DNA from: an uncultured Planctomycetia bacterium
Lineage (GTDB): Bacteria; Planctomycetota; MHYJ01; WSZJ01
Length of the DNA stretch: 64,000 nucleotides
Assembly (NCBI GenBank): GCA_964590435.1
Contig: CAZPWT010000029.1
Span: 66,280 to 130,279 of the forward strand
Direction of reading: 5' to 3'
This document shows, piece after piece, positions 9,267-18,212 of the stretch. The translations under genes and the position numbers were made by a program. The notes under the pieces were generated by a model. That model did not search any database and was not told where the DNA came from. It saw only the letters and a program-made list of their open reading frames with translations. Positions within the stretch are counted from its first letter, which is position 1. Each line of letters opens with the position of its first letter.

Positions 9267-10366
9267 AGATCGCGCTGGTCAGCTACACGTGGAGCGAGAC
9301 GCGCGGCGGGGTGGAGCGGTACGTCTTCGACCTGGCGCGGGGGCTGGTGAAGCGCGGGCACGAGGTGCACGTGTGGAGCCGCCGCCGCGAGGGGGAAACG
9401 CCCGGGGTGGAGTTCCACGACGTCCCCGGCGTCTCGATCGGGCACCTGAAATACAACGCCTTTGCCCGAGACGTCGCCCGCGCCGTCAGCCTCGACGACT
9501 ACGACTGCGTCCACGGCTTCGGCCGCGCCTTCACGCAGGACCTCCTCCGCGTCGGCGGCGGCTGCCATGAGGAATACCTGCGGCAGACCAAGGGCCGCGA
9601 GCCCGGGCCGCTCTGGTTCCTCTTCCACCCCAAGGACCGCGCGCTGATCCGGCTGGAGAAGGAGGTGTTCGCGAAGCGCTGCTGGCGGCGGCTGGTCTGC
9701 ATTTCGCGGCGGGTGGCGGAGGAAGTCCACCGCGTGCACGGCGTCCCGCTCGAGGAGTGCCAGGTCATCCACAACGGGACGGACGTCGAGAAGTTCCACC
9801 CGCGGAACCGCGTCGCTTCCGACGGCCAGGTGCGCCTGCTGTTCGCGGGAAGCGGCTTCGAGCGCAAGGGGCTGGAGCAGGCGCTGGAGGCGCTGGCGCG
9901 GGTGAAGGGCGGGTGGCGGCTGCGGGTGGCGGGGCGCGGGGATGCGGCGCCGTACAAGGCGCGGGCCGAGCGGCTCGGGATCGCGGGGCGAGTCGAGTTC
10001 GCGGGGCCGCAGTCGGACATGCCGGCGGAGTACGGCCGCGCCGACGTGCTGCTGTTCCCCACGCTGTACGACGCGTTCGGGACGGTCACGCTCGAAGCGA
10101 TGGCGACGGGGATCCCGGTGGTGGTCTCGCGGCAGGCGGGGGCGAGCGAGGTCGTGACGCACGGCGTGGACGGCGTGATCGTGGAGAACCCGCGCGCCCC
10201 GGCCGAGCTGGCCGCGGCGATCGAGCCGCTGGTCGCGGACCCGGCGAAACGCGCGGCGATGGGGGAGGCCGCCCGGGCTACGGCCGAGCGGCACTCCATC
10301 GATGCCAACATCGAGAAAGTCATCGGCGTCTACCGCGACATCGCCCGCGAAAAGGGGCGCGCATGA
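9263..10366 (+). CDS. Family-4 glycosyltransferase (GT-B fold).
   Basis: The GTG start at 9263 overlaps the upstream stop. KIALVSYTWSETRGGVERYV... and the C-terminal EAMATGIPVV block are GT4 signatures. Confidence 0.8.
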   Translation: MKIALVSYTWSETRGGVERYVFDLARGLVKRGHEVHVWSRRREGETPGVEFHDVPGVSIGHLKYNAFARDVARAVSLDDYDCVHGFGRAFTQDLLRVGGGCHEEYLRQTKGREPGPLWFLFHPKDRALIRLEKEVFAKRCWRRLVCISRRVAEEVHRVHGVPLEECQVIHNGTDVEKFHPRNRVASDGQVRLLFAGSGFERKGLEQALEALARVKGGWRLRVAGRGDAAPYKARAERLGIAGRVEFAGPQSDMPAEYGRADVLLFPTLYDAFGTVTLEAMATGIPVVVSRQAGASEVVTHGVDGVIVENPRAPAELAAAIEPLVADPAKRAAMGEAARATAERHSIDANIEKVIGVYRDIAREKGRA

Positions 10367-11784
10367 GCGGCTGGTCCTGGACGATCGCCCCCGGCGCCGA
10401 ATCGCTCACTCGCGCCCTCGTCGGCCGCGAGGACGGCTGGTTCCCGCCTCGCGCCCCGGAAAAGGAGAATGCCGTCCGCGCCCTGTTCCGCGCCGAGGGG
10501 CTCTTCATCAAGCACTACAAGAGGCGCCGCGACCAGGCCGAGAGCGAGTGGGCGGCGCTGACGCATCTCGCCGCGCGCGGCGTCCCGGTGCCGCGCCCGG
10601 TCGCGTGGTCCCCGGCCCCGGGCGGAGGCGCGGTGCTCGCGATGCAGGAACTCCCCCGCGCCCTGCCGCTCAAGGAGGCGTTCCGCCGCGACCTCGTCCC
10701 GGCCGTCGCTTCCCTCCTCCGCTCGATGAACGCCGCGGGGTTCCTCCACCTGGACCTGCACACGGGGAACATCCTCGTTGCGGGGGATCGCCTGCACGTC
10801 ATCGACCTCCACCGAGGCCGCATCGGCGCCGTCTCGCCTAAGGACGAAGAGCGCGCCGTCGGGCAGTTCGCGTACTCGCTGTCGCGCATCGCCTCGCGCG
10901 CCGAGGTGATGCGGTTCATGAAGTCCGCGCTGGGGGCCTCGGCGGACATCGAGGATCGTCTCCGCCGCGCCAACCTCCACGCCGACGCGTTCCGCCGCCG
11001 GCATGTCGCGAGCCGGACGCGGCGGTGCCTCAAGGAGTCGACGGGGTTCGCCGTGAAGCGCGCGGGCGGCGGGCTCGTGATCTCGCGCCGCCCCGCGACG
11101 CCGGAGGACACGCTGGCCGCGCTCGCGCACCACGACAAGCTCTGCGAGGCGGGCCTGGCGTCCAAGGTGCTCGACGGCCGCCGCATGTCGGTGTTCGAGG
11201 GCGTCGTCGTGAAGGAGTGGAAGACCGGCGGGCCGTTCCGCGCCATCCGCAACTGGATCCGCGGCAGCCCGGCGCGGGCGGCCTGGATCGGCGCGCAGGG
11301 GATGCGCGTCCGGAACCTCCCGGCGCCCGAGGCGGTCGGTCTCGTGGAACAGCGCGGCCGGTCCGCCTTCATCGCGAAGGAAAGCCCCGGGAAACCGCTC
11401 GACCGCTACTGCCGCGAGGACGTCCCCCGGCTGAAGGACCGCCGGCCGTTCCTGGAAGGGCTCGCCGCGCTCGTGGCGCGCCTCCACCGCGCCGAAGTCC
11501 ACCACCGCGACCTCAAGGCCAACAACCTCCTCGCCGACGGTCCGACGCGCTTCGCGTTCCTCGACCTCGAGGACCTCGAGTTCCGCCGCGTTCGGCGCCC
11601 CGACGCCGTGCGGGCCCTCGCCCAGCTCAACGCGGCGCTGCCGATCCTGACGCGCGCCGACCGGTGGCGCATGCTCCGGCGCTACGCCGCGGGCTGGAAG
11701 CTCCTGGGCGACCTGCGCGCGGCCGCGGCCGAGATCATGAAACTGACCGTCGCGCGCCGGCACAATTGGCCGCCCCGCAAATAG
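10363..11784 (+). CDS. Tandem two-domain Kdo/WaaP-family (LPS kinase-like) protein.
   Basis: The ATG start at 10363 overlaps the upstream stop as ATGA. There are two kinase-like catalytic loops: HLDLHTGNILV...IDLHRG and HHRDLKANNLL...FLDLEDL. Confidence 0.75.
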   Translation: MSGWSWTIAPGAESLTRALVGREDGWFPPRAPEKENAVRALFRAEGLFIKHYKRRRDQAESEWAALTHLAARGVPVPRPVAWSPAPGGGAVLAMQELPRALPLKEAFRRDLVPAVASLLRSMNAAGFLHLDLHTGNILVAGDRLHVIDLHRGRIGAVSPKDEERAVGQFAYSLSRIASRAEVMRFMKSALGASADIEDRLRRANLHADAFRRRHVASRTRRCLKESTGFAVKRAGGGLVISRRPATPEDTLAALAHHDKLCEAGLASKVLDGRRMSVFEGVVVKEWKTGGPFRAIRNWIRGSPARAAWIGAQGMRVRNLPAPEAVGLVEQRGRSAFIAKESPGKPLDRYCREDVPRLKDRRPFLEGLAALVARLHRAEVHHRDLKANNLLADGPTRFAFLDLEDLEFRRVRRPDAVRALAQLNAALPILTRADRWRMLRRYAAGWKLLGDLRAAAAEIMKLTVARRHNWPPRK

Positions 11785-11835
11785 AAACGCGGGCCGCAGC
11801 GCCCTCGGCGCCGCGGCCCGCGTGGATCTCGCCGG

Positions 11836-12393
11836 CTACTTCTTCTCTTCCGCCTTCTCCGCCACCGCTTCGCCCTTCGACAGCTGAAGCGTCAGGTTCC
11901 CGTCCTTGTCCTCGACCATCGTGCCCTCGACGCGCGCGGCCTTGGTGCCGGCCTTCAGCGCCTCGCCGAGCTTCGCCACGACGTCCTCGGGCTTGTCCTT
12001 GTCGTCCTTCGCCGCGCGGTTGGCCAGCGCAACCTTCTGGCCGGACTTCAGGACCAGCCAGAGCGTCTTGTCCTCGGGCTTCTCGGACGCCGCGAGCTCG
12101 CCCGACGTCGCGACCTGCATCGCGTCGATCGAGTACTTCTTCGGCAGGACGGCCTTGATGATCGACGGCGAGAACTTCGCGCCCGACTTGAACGTCACTT
12201 CGAACTCATCGGTCGCTTTCGACAGCACATTGGAGGCGCCTTCCAGGCCCTCGAGGGACTTCGTGATGGCTTTCCCTCAGGAAACCGCTCAGGACACCCC
12301 GCCGATCTTGAGATGCACGGTCGTGGCGGGAACTTCGTCCGCCAGCGCGGCGAGCGCCATGAAGGCGAAGGCCGCGGCTACGGAAAACAGACG
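11836..12393 (-). CDS. Candidate secreted selenoprotein with an HMA-like (heavy-metal-associated) fold. Two in-frame TGA codons at 12289-12291 and 12277-12279 interrupt the reading frame. Alternatively a pseudogene, or two separate ORFs.
   Basis: A signal-peptide ORF (MRLFSVAAAFAFMALAALA/DEVPATTVHLKIGGVS, then TGA) and ORF 11836..12228 are in the same frame and separated only by the two TGA codons. The concatenated sequence ...LKIGGVS-U-AVS-U-GKAITKSLEGLEG...FEVTFKSG...SIIKAVLPKKYSID matches the beta-alpha-beta-beta-alpha-beta pattern of CopZ/MerP, with TGA where the metal-binding Cys residues sit. Confidence 0.4.
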
Positions 12394-12495
12394 CATGTCG
12401 TCCTCCTGAATTCGGGTTGTATCGGGAACGCCGAAGTGGCGGCCTGCATTCCATCGGATTTTGTCGGACTCCGCAAGTGCGGCCCGGCGACAAAA

Positions 12496-12527
12496 AAACC
12501 CCGCCCTTTGCGGGGCGGGGTCTCGAG
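12496..12527 (-). terminator. Rho-independent terminator after the 12539..14083 gene.
   Basis: The plus strand reads aaaaaaaccccgccctttgcggggcgggg. On the minus strand this is an 8-bp GC stem followed by TTTTTTT. Confidence 0.7.
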
Positions 12528-12538
12528 GAATGCCTGGC

Positions 12539-14083
12539 TTACTTGTGCTTCGGCTCGAACGACTTCGTCGCGCCGTTCCAGTAGCTCTCGTCGCGGTTCC
12601 GGCTCCACCACTCGCGCCACCGGAGGATCGCATCCTTGATCTCGGGCTTCTGCTCCGCGAAGGCGATCTTCGGGTCGTAGCCGGACACGTCCACCGTCAT
12701 CCGCTCGTCCGTGGCCACGTCCTTCAGCACGGAAATCGCCACGTCGCGGACCCAGGGGTCCGTGATCGTCTTGTCGTCCAGGGAGTCGAACATCGACTCG
12801 ATGAAGTTGAAATTCGACTGCTGCCCCTTGCCCACCACGTCGGCGATAAATTCCTTCCACTGCTGGATGCCGGGGTAGAGCGTCGGGACGACGTTGCCCT
12901 TGTCGTCCTTCGTGCTCTTGTCCTCGTACCCGCAGATCCAGTCGTAGACCACGTCGCTCGTCGGGTTCTCGCGCGTCATGACCGATTCCACGTACGTCGG
13001 GATCGGGCACTTCCGCTCCTTCGCCTTCGTCACGACGACCTTGAGCTGGTCCACCAGGCTCTTGATCTGGTCGTCGTTCAGCGCCGCGCCGCGCGTCAGG
13101 CCGGAAAGCTCGGCCGGGATCTCCGGGATGCGGTTGGTCAGCTCCGTCTGCAGCGTCGCGAACATCGGCGCCTGGTTCCCTTCCCAGCTCTTCATCCTCG
13201 CCAGCGCCGCCAGCGTCGCCTTCGCCTGCCGCAGAGCCTCGACCTTGTCGTTCGGGTCCTCCGACAGCAGCTTCGCCAGGTCCATGTCCTTGCGCGCCGC
13301 CGCCGTGTAACGGATCAGCAGGTCCTGCGCCACGCGGCGGATCAGCGGGTCGTCGTTCGTCATCGCGCTCACCAGCTCCGCGATGTCCGTCTTCGAAACC
13401 GCCGGGTTCACGCCCACCACCACCCAATCGTGCTTCTTCAGCTCAAGCCCGCGCTGGAAGCTGTAGAACTGGTCGCCGTCGCGCCCGTACGTGAGGCGGA
13501 AGACGCTGTTCTCGTAGCGCAGGTAGATCTTGCTCTCCGCCGTGCTCTTCCCTTCCGGCCGCTCCGACTTGAACGTCACCGGGTCGACCAGGCCGCTCAC
13601 CATCACCTCGACGTCGTTGTAGCGGTAACCCTTGTCCTGGAAGATCGCCAGGCAGTGCACCGACTCGCCGGGCTGAAGGACGCCGACCTTGCGCTGGTCG
13701 CCCTTGTTCAGGTACTTCCGGCGCTTCTTGAAGTCCTCGATCAGCTCCTTCTGGATCCCCGTCGAGTAGCCGCCCATCCGGTCGGCTTCCGCGATGATCG
13801 AATTCTCCTCGACCGGGTAGAAACCCGGCTGCTGCCAGTTGCGGCCGTCGACGTGGAGGGCGACGTCGACGATCAGGGGGCAGGCCTGCGGAGTGTTGTT
13901 CGTCACGGTGTAGACGAAGTACCAGAAGTTCGACTCCTCTCCCAGCGGCGTCCGGTACGTGTAGTGCTCCGGCCGCTCATGGTCGAAGGTCAGTTCCCAC
14001 CGCTTCTTCACGTCCGCCCCGGCCACTCCTGCGATGCACGCAAGGACAGCCGAAGTCATGACGAATCGGGATCCGAAACGCAT
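12539..14083 (-). CDS. Secreted hypothetical protein, 514 aa.
   Basis: ORF 12539..14293, trimmed to the ATG at 14081-14083 (MRFGSRFVMTSAVLACIAGVAGA, a signal peptide) with a GGAGAG RBS 5 nt upstream. The composition is rich in Lys, Asp, Glu, Trp and Tyr. No recognisable catalytic motif. Confidence 0.7.
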   Translation of the reverse strand: MRFGSRFVMTSAVLACIAGVAGADVKKRWELTFDHERPEHYTYRTPLGEESNFWYFVYTVTNNTPQACPLIVDVALHVDGRNWQQPGFYPVEENSIIAEADRMGGYSTGIQKELIEDFKKRRKYLNKGDQRKVGVLQPGESVHCLAIFQDKGYRYNDVEVMVSGLVDPVTFKSERPEGKSTAESKIYLRYENSVFRLTYGRDGDQFYSFQRGLELKKHDWVVVGVNPAVSKTDIAELVSAMTNDDPLIRRVAQDLLIRYTAAARKDMDLAKLLSEDPNDKVEALRQAKATLAALARMKSWEGNQAPMFATLQTELTNRIPEIPAELSGLTRGAALNDDQIKSLVDQLKVVVTKAKERKCPIPTYVESVMTRENPTSDVVYDWICGYEDKSTKDDKGNVVPTLYPGIQQWKEFIADVVGKGQQSNFNFIESMFDSLDDKTITDPWVRDVAISVLKDVATDERMTVDVSGYDPKIAFAEQKPEIKDAILRWREWWSRNRDESYWNGATKSFEPKHK

Positions 14084-14159
14084 GCGGACCTCTCCTATAA
14101 ATAGCGGGTTTGCCCCCACGACATCGAATGAGGAGTCTAGCGCGGCCGAGAAGGCGAAG

Positions 14160-16145
14160 TCAAGGATGCGAAGCGCGTTGGATGAGGTCGGCGGCGCCCG
14201 GGTGCCCGGCCTCCCCCGCGGCGGTCGCCAGGCGGATCGCCTCCCCCCGGTCCCCCCGGGCCAGGGCGCAGGAAGCGGCGCCGAAGAGGGCATCGGCGTG
14301 GAAGGGATCGTCGGCGAGGACCGAGAGGAAAAGGGGCTCGGCGTCGGCGGGGCGGTTGAGGGAGAGGTAGGCGATCCCGAGGTTGGCGCGGTAGCCGCGG
14401 GAGCGCGGCTGGAGGTCGGCCGCCCGGCGGAGCACGGGGACGGCGTCGGCGGGCCGCCCCTGGGAAAGCAGCCATTCGCCGTAGCGGCCGGGGAGCCGCG
14501 GATCGGCGGGCTCGGCGCTCATCGCCTTGCGGAACAGCGCGTCCACTTCGGAGGACCGCCCGACCGCCGGGAGAAACATCGCCGCCTGCACCACCGCGTC
14601 CACGTACGCCGGCCGCGCCGCCACAGCCCGCAGCGTGGCTTCTATCGCGGGCCCCGCCGCGCCGCCCTTCTGGTACAGCCGCCCCAGCATCAGCAGCACG
14701 TGCGGATCGCCCGGCCGCCGCGCGAGGGACGCCTGGAAGTGCCGCTCGGCGACGGAAAGTTCCCCCAGCTCGGCGCGCGACGCGCCGAGGATGAGGTCCC
14801 GGTCGCAGTACGCGCCGGTCGGCACGCCGAGCGGATTCGCGAACGACAGCGCCCCGCCGGCGATCGCCAGCGCCGCCAGCGACGCCCCGGCCCGCGTCCC
14901 AAGCTCCCGGCGCCGCGTCCACGCCGCTTCCAGCGCCACCCCGGCCGCCGGAATCATCGCGACCAGCAGCGGCACGCGGTACCGGTTCGACGTCACCAGC
15001 AGCAGGAGCGGAATCCCCGCCGCCGCCGCCCCCAGAACCCAGAGCGCACGATTCTCACCGGCGCGCTTCCACAGGAGCACCGCCCCCGGCAACGCGAGCC
15101 CCGCAAGGAGCGCCCACCGCCCGAACGCGAGCAGGTCCAGCGCCAGTTCGTCCTCGAGAATCCCCGCATCCATCGAGGAGTCCACCTCCGCCGCGCTCCA
15201 CGTCGCCAGCAGCCGCCGGCCGCACAGCCCGATCCAGCGGAACGGGTGCGAGGCCGCCCAGCGCACCGCTTCCCCCCGAAAGTGCCGGTCCTGCTCGGCG
15301 GAGGTGAGGTGGCCGGCGCGCCACGCGCGGTCGACGGTGTCGTCGTAGGGCGGGCCCTGCATGACGTTGGGGTACCCGTCCGCCGCGGGGTTATTGCCGA
15401 TCCAGATGTTCAGCCCGACGTTTGCCTGGAGCGCGTACGCCCCGTCGTCCACTCCCGCGTTGTGCGCGCAGACCGCCAGCGGCAGGACCAGCGCGGCCGC
15501 CAGCCCCGCGGCGGCGGCCAGTGCCCCGCGGCGGGAGCGTTCGAAAAGGGGCCGCAGGAGGACCAGCGCGAACGCGAGCATCATGCCGTGCGACAGCGCC
15601 GCCAGCCCCACCCCGAGCCCCGGCGCGATCGCCCGCAGCGGGCTTCCCTTCTCCGCCCACACCCCGAGGTTGAGAACGGCGGCCGAGAGGAAGAGCGCGA
15701 GGCCGGCGGCGGAGGGGTGGATTTCCTGGAAGACGGCGGGCCACGCGACGGCCGCGAGCGCGCCCGCGGCGAGGGCGGCGCGGTCGCCGGCGAGGATCTT
15801 GGTGAAGCGCCAGAGGAGGACGGCGGTCCCCGCGCCGAGCAGCGCCTGGAGGACGTAGAGCGCAAAGGTCGCCTCGCCGAACATCGCGAACGCGGTCCCT
15901 GCGAACCAGCCGTAGAGGGGCGGGTGGATTTCCATCTTGTGCGACCACCAGTCGCCGGCGGCGACTTCGCGGGCGCGGATGAAGTACTCGGCGCCGTCGA
16001 CGACGGGGGCGCGGAGGAAGGGGATCTTGCGCCAGGCTTCGATGGCGAGGGCGAGCCGGACGGAGAGGGCGGCGGCGAAGATGGCGACGGGCGGCAGCCA
16101 GGGTCGCGATTGGGAGGACGGAGGGGGCGGCGCCGTGTTTGCCAC
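14160..16145 (-). CDS. Polytopic GT39/ArnT-PMT-like glycosyltransferase fused to C-terminal TPR repeats.
   Basis: The N-terminal ~400 aa hold multiple hydrophobic helices in an ArnT/PMT-like arrangement. The C-terminus holds TPR-like repeats (…LGRLYQKGG…ANLGIAYLSL…). Start is the GTG at 16143-16145. Confidence 0.65.
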   Translation of the reverse strand: MANTAPPPPSSQSRPWLPPVAIFAAALSVRLALAIEAWRKIPFLRAPVVDGAEYFIRAREVAAGDWWSHKMEIHPPLYGWFAGTAFAMFGEATFALYVLQALLGAGTAVLLWRFTKILAGDRAALAAGALAAVAWPAVFQEIHPSAAGLALFLSAAVLNLGVWAEKGSPLRAIAPGLGVGLAALSHGMMLAFALVLLRPLFERSRRGALAAAAGLAAALVLPLAVCAHNAGVDDGAYALQANVGLNIWIGNNPAADGYPNVMQGPPYDDTVDRAWRAGHLTSAEQDRHFRGEAVRWAASHPFRWIGLCGRRLLATWSAAEVDSSMDAGILEDELALDLLAFGRWALLAGLALPGAVLLWKRAGENRALWVLGAAAAGIPLLLLVTSNRYRVPLLVAMIPAAGVALEAAWTRRRELGTRAGASLAALAIAGGALSFANPLGVPTGAYCDRDLILGASRAELGELSVAERHFQASLARRPGDPHVLLMLGRLYQKGGAAGPAIEATLRAVAARPAYVDAVVQAAMFLPAVGRSSEVDALFRKAMSAEPADPRLPGRYGEWLLSQGRPADAVPVLRRAADLQPRSRGYRANLGIAYLSLNRPADAEPLFLSVLADDPFHADALFGAASCALARGDRGEAIRLATAAGEAGHPGAADLIQRASHP

Positions 16146-16202
16146 GGGAGGAACTTACCTCAAACGGTCGGTCGAGGATACGGCGCCGCCGGGTGAAAAA
16201 AA

Positions 16203-16230
16203 AACGGCCCCCGGCGAACCGGGGGCCGTC
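16203..16230 (-). terminator. Rho-independent terminator after the first DUF1559 gene.
   Basis: ggcccccggcgaaccgggggcc forms a 9-bp stem. On the minus strand it is followed by GTTTTTTTTTT (plus strand 16191-16204 is a-rich). A copy of the hairpin at 17245-17266 has a weaker U tract. Confidence 0.75.
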
Positions 16231-16245
16231 GAAGGAACCGGATGA

Positions 16246-16821
16246 CTACTTGGTGCCGGCCGGAGCAACCCACGAAACCGTCGCGAGCAGCGTATCGACC
16301 GCCGCTTCGGTCGGGGAGCCGATGGCGAAGACGTCGACGCGGCCCTGGAAGAACAGGACGTTGCGGTCGTCGCCCGTGCCGTGGTTCGGCGTCGTGCCCT
16401 GGTTGTCGTCGCAGCACATCGGGAAGTCCGGCGGAGCGCCGTCGGTGATCCCCGAGGTCGGGATCGAGTAGGCCGAGCCGCCGGCCGGCGTGTACGAGCC
16501 GCCGCCCGCCGTCAGGCCCTGGAAGTGGCAGCCGGTGCCGGCCTTGCCGACGACCGCGCAGCGGAACAGGTTGCCGTCCGTCGCCATGTCAGCGCGCCAG
16601 AGGAGGCCGAACCAGGTGTCGCCGCCCGGCGTCGGGTACGCCTTGAACTTTGATTCGTACAGCGCGAAGTACACGCCGATCTGCTTCATGCTGTTCTTGC
16701 AGTCCGTCTTGCGGCTCGCCTTACGGGCGGCAGCCAGAGCGGGGAGCAGGAGGGCGGCCAGGATGCCGATGATGGCGATAACGACGAGCAGTTCGATGAG
16801 TGTGAAGCCCTTTTTCTTCAT
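16246..16821 (-). CDS. Prepilin-type N-terminal cleavage/methylation-domain protein, DUF1559 pseudopilin-like, copy 1.
   Basis: [29 protein letters not shown] is a class-III signal peptide with Glu at +5. The C-terminus has the H-x9-(D/Q)G-like motif [18 protein letters not shown] typical of Planctomycete DUF1559 proteins. Confidence 0.85.
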   Translation of the reverse strand: MKKKGFTLIELLVVIAIIGILAALLLPALAAARKASRKTDCKNSMKQIGVYFALYESKFKAYPTPGGDTWFGLLWRADMATDGNLFRCAVVGKAGTGCHFQGLTAGGGSYTPAGGSAYSIPTSGITDGAPPDFPMCCDDNQGTTPNHGTGDDRNVLFFQGRVDVFAIGSPTEAAVDTLLATVSWVAPAGTK

Positions 16822-17166
16822 GGGTGGATGCCCTTAGTTGTGATGGGATGAAATGGGATGTGACGTGACGAGATGGATCAACGGCAGATCACTGCGGGTT
16901 CTTGGGGTTTTGAAGCCCGTTCGCTGGAAGACCTCACCGTCCTTTTCCCTCGGTGCCAGCAGTCGGCGGGTCGGGATCAGGGCTTGGGAGTAGCGTCCCT
17001 TGGAGGGGAGGAGCGACTTGCCGCGGCTCGCCGGAGTCCGAATGCTCGGGATAATATGAATGTCATGAGATCGGTGGTGGCTTCGCGTCGGCGCGTTCGC
17101 TCGTGCGCTCAGATCTTCCCTGGACGGTTGTCGGCACCCCCTTTCGAATCCTTTCGATCTTTAATA

Positions 17167-17196
17167 ATCTTAAAGCTGAGCTGGGACCCGGGTCAA
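17167..17196 (-). promoter_or_regulatory. Putative sigma70-like promoter (TTGACC, 17-nt spacer, TTAAGAT) serving copy 1 via a ~350-nt leader. It lies next to an AT-rich palindrome.
   Basis: The minus strand reads cTTGACCcgggtcccagctcagctTTAAGATtattaaag. The palindrome ctttaataatcttaaag is at 17156-17172. Confidence 0.25.
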
Positions 17197-17287
17197 GTTT
17201 CTTTTTGATTTTTTCGGAAATCCAGTGACCGCAAGACCAATAGAAACGGCCCCCGGCGAACCGGGGGCCGTCGAAGGAACCGGATGA

Positions 17288-17863
17288 CTACTTGGTGCCG
17301 GCCGGAGCAACCCACGAAACCGTCGCGAGCAGCGTATCGACCGCCGCTTCGGTGGGGGACGCGATGGCAAAGACGTCGACGCGGCCCTGGAAGAACAGGA
17401 CGTTTCGGTCGTCGCCCGTGCCGTGGTTCGGCGTCGTGCCCTGGTTGTCGTCGGTGCACATCGGGAAGTCCGGCGGAGCGCCGTCCGTGATCCCTGCCGT
17501 CGGGATCGAGTAAGCCGAGCCGCCGGCCGGCGTGTACGAGCCGCCGCCCGCCGTCAGGCCCTGGAAGTGGCAGCCGGTGCCCGCCTTGCCGACGACGGCG
17601 CAGCGGAACAGGTTGCCGTCCGTCGCCATGTCAGGCCGCCACAGCAGGCCGAACCATGTGTCGCCACCCGGCGTCGGGTAGGCCTTGAACTTCGACTCGT
17701 ACAGCGCGAAGTAGATGCCGATCTGCTTCATGCTGTTCTTGCAGTCCGTCTTGCGGCTCGCCTTACGGGCGGCGGCAAGGGCGGGGAGCAGGAGGGCGGC
17801 CAGGATGCCGATGATGGCGATAACGACGAGCAGCTCGATGAGCGTAAAGCCCTTTTTCTTCAT
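17288..17863 (-). CDS. Prepilin-type DUF1559 pseudopilin-like protein, copy 2, about 97% identical to copy 1.
   Basis: ORF 17288..17878, trimmed to the ATG at 17861-17863 ([12 protein letters not shown]...) by analogy with copy 1. It differs from copy 1 at a handful of residues (V/I, A/P, C/T, S/A, G/A). The duplicated DNA runs from 17243 to 17877. Confidence 0.85.
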   Translation of the reverse strand: MKKKGFTLIELLVVIAIIGILAALLLPALAAARKASRKTDCKNSMKQIGIYFALYESKFKAYPTPGGDTWFGLLWRPDMATDGNLFRCAVVGKAGTGCHFQGLTAGGGSYTPAGGSAYSIPTAGITDGAPPDFPMCTDDNQGTTPNHGTGDDRNVLFFQGRVDVFAIASPTEAAVDTLLATVSWVAPAGTK

Positions 17864-18212
17864 GGTGGAATGCCTCACATTTCGATCGGTGGAACATCGT
17901 CGGAGCAGAGTGCAGGTCAGAGCAGAGTGCTTTCTCCGGATCCACCATCACCGGGCGGCTGAAGGCCCGGGAGCGGTACGTCGGCATGCCTTGGAGCGGA
18001 AAACCGGGCGCGTGTCCCGAGTCAAATGGATGGGTATGGACTGGAAGGATAATGTCGGTCACGTCGTGTCGCGCGCGGCAGTCGTCCGCAGGTGCTGCAT
18101 GCTGGAGAGGTTCGGGTCCGCCTCCTTTCAAGAAGTAATGTCTTTTAAGAAGCTTACGCTTTTATGGCGTGAAAGGGGGATAAATCCGCGATTGCCCGGA
18201 AGATAATCCCCT

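Noticed and set aside
12289-12633. 114-aa minus-strand ORF extending upstream of the signal-peptide start
   Set aside because: Upstream of the Met at 12393 the frame runs through the terminator hairpin and into the 3' end of the neighbouring gene. Only the last 35 codons (the signal peptide) are plausible.
16873-17208. 111-aa plus-strand ORF in the spacer between the pseudopilin copies
   Set aside because: There is no RBS or conserved features, and it overlaps the predicted promoter and leader of pseudopilin copy 1. It is more likely non-coding.
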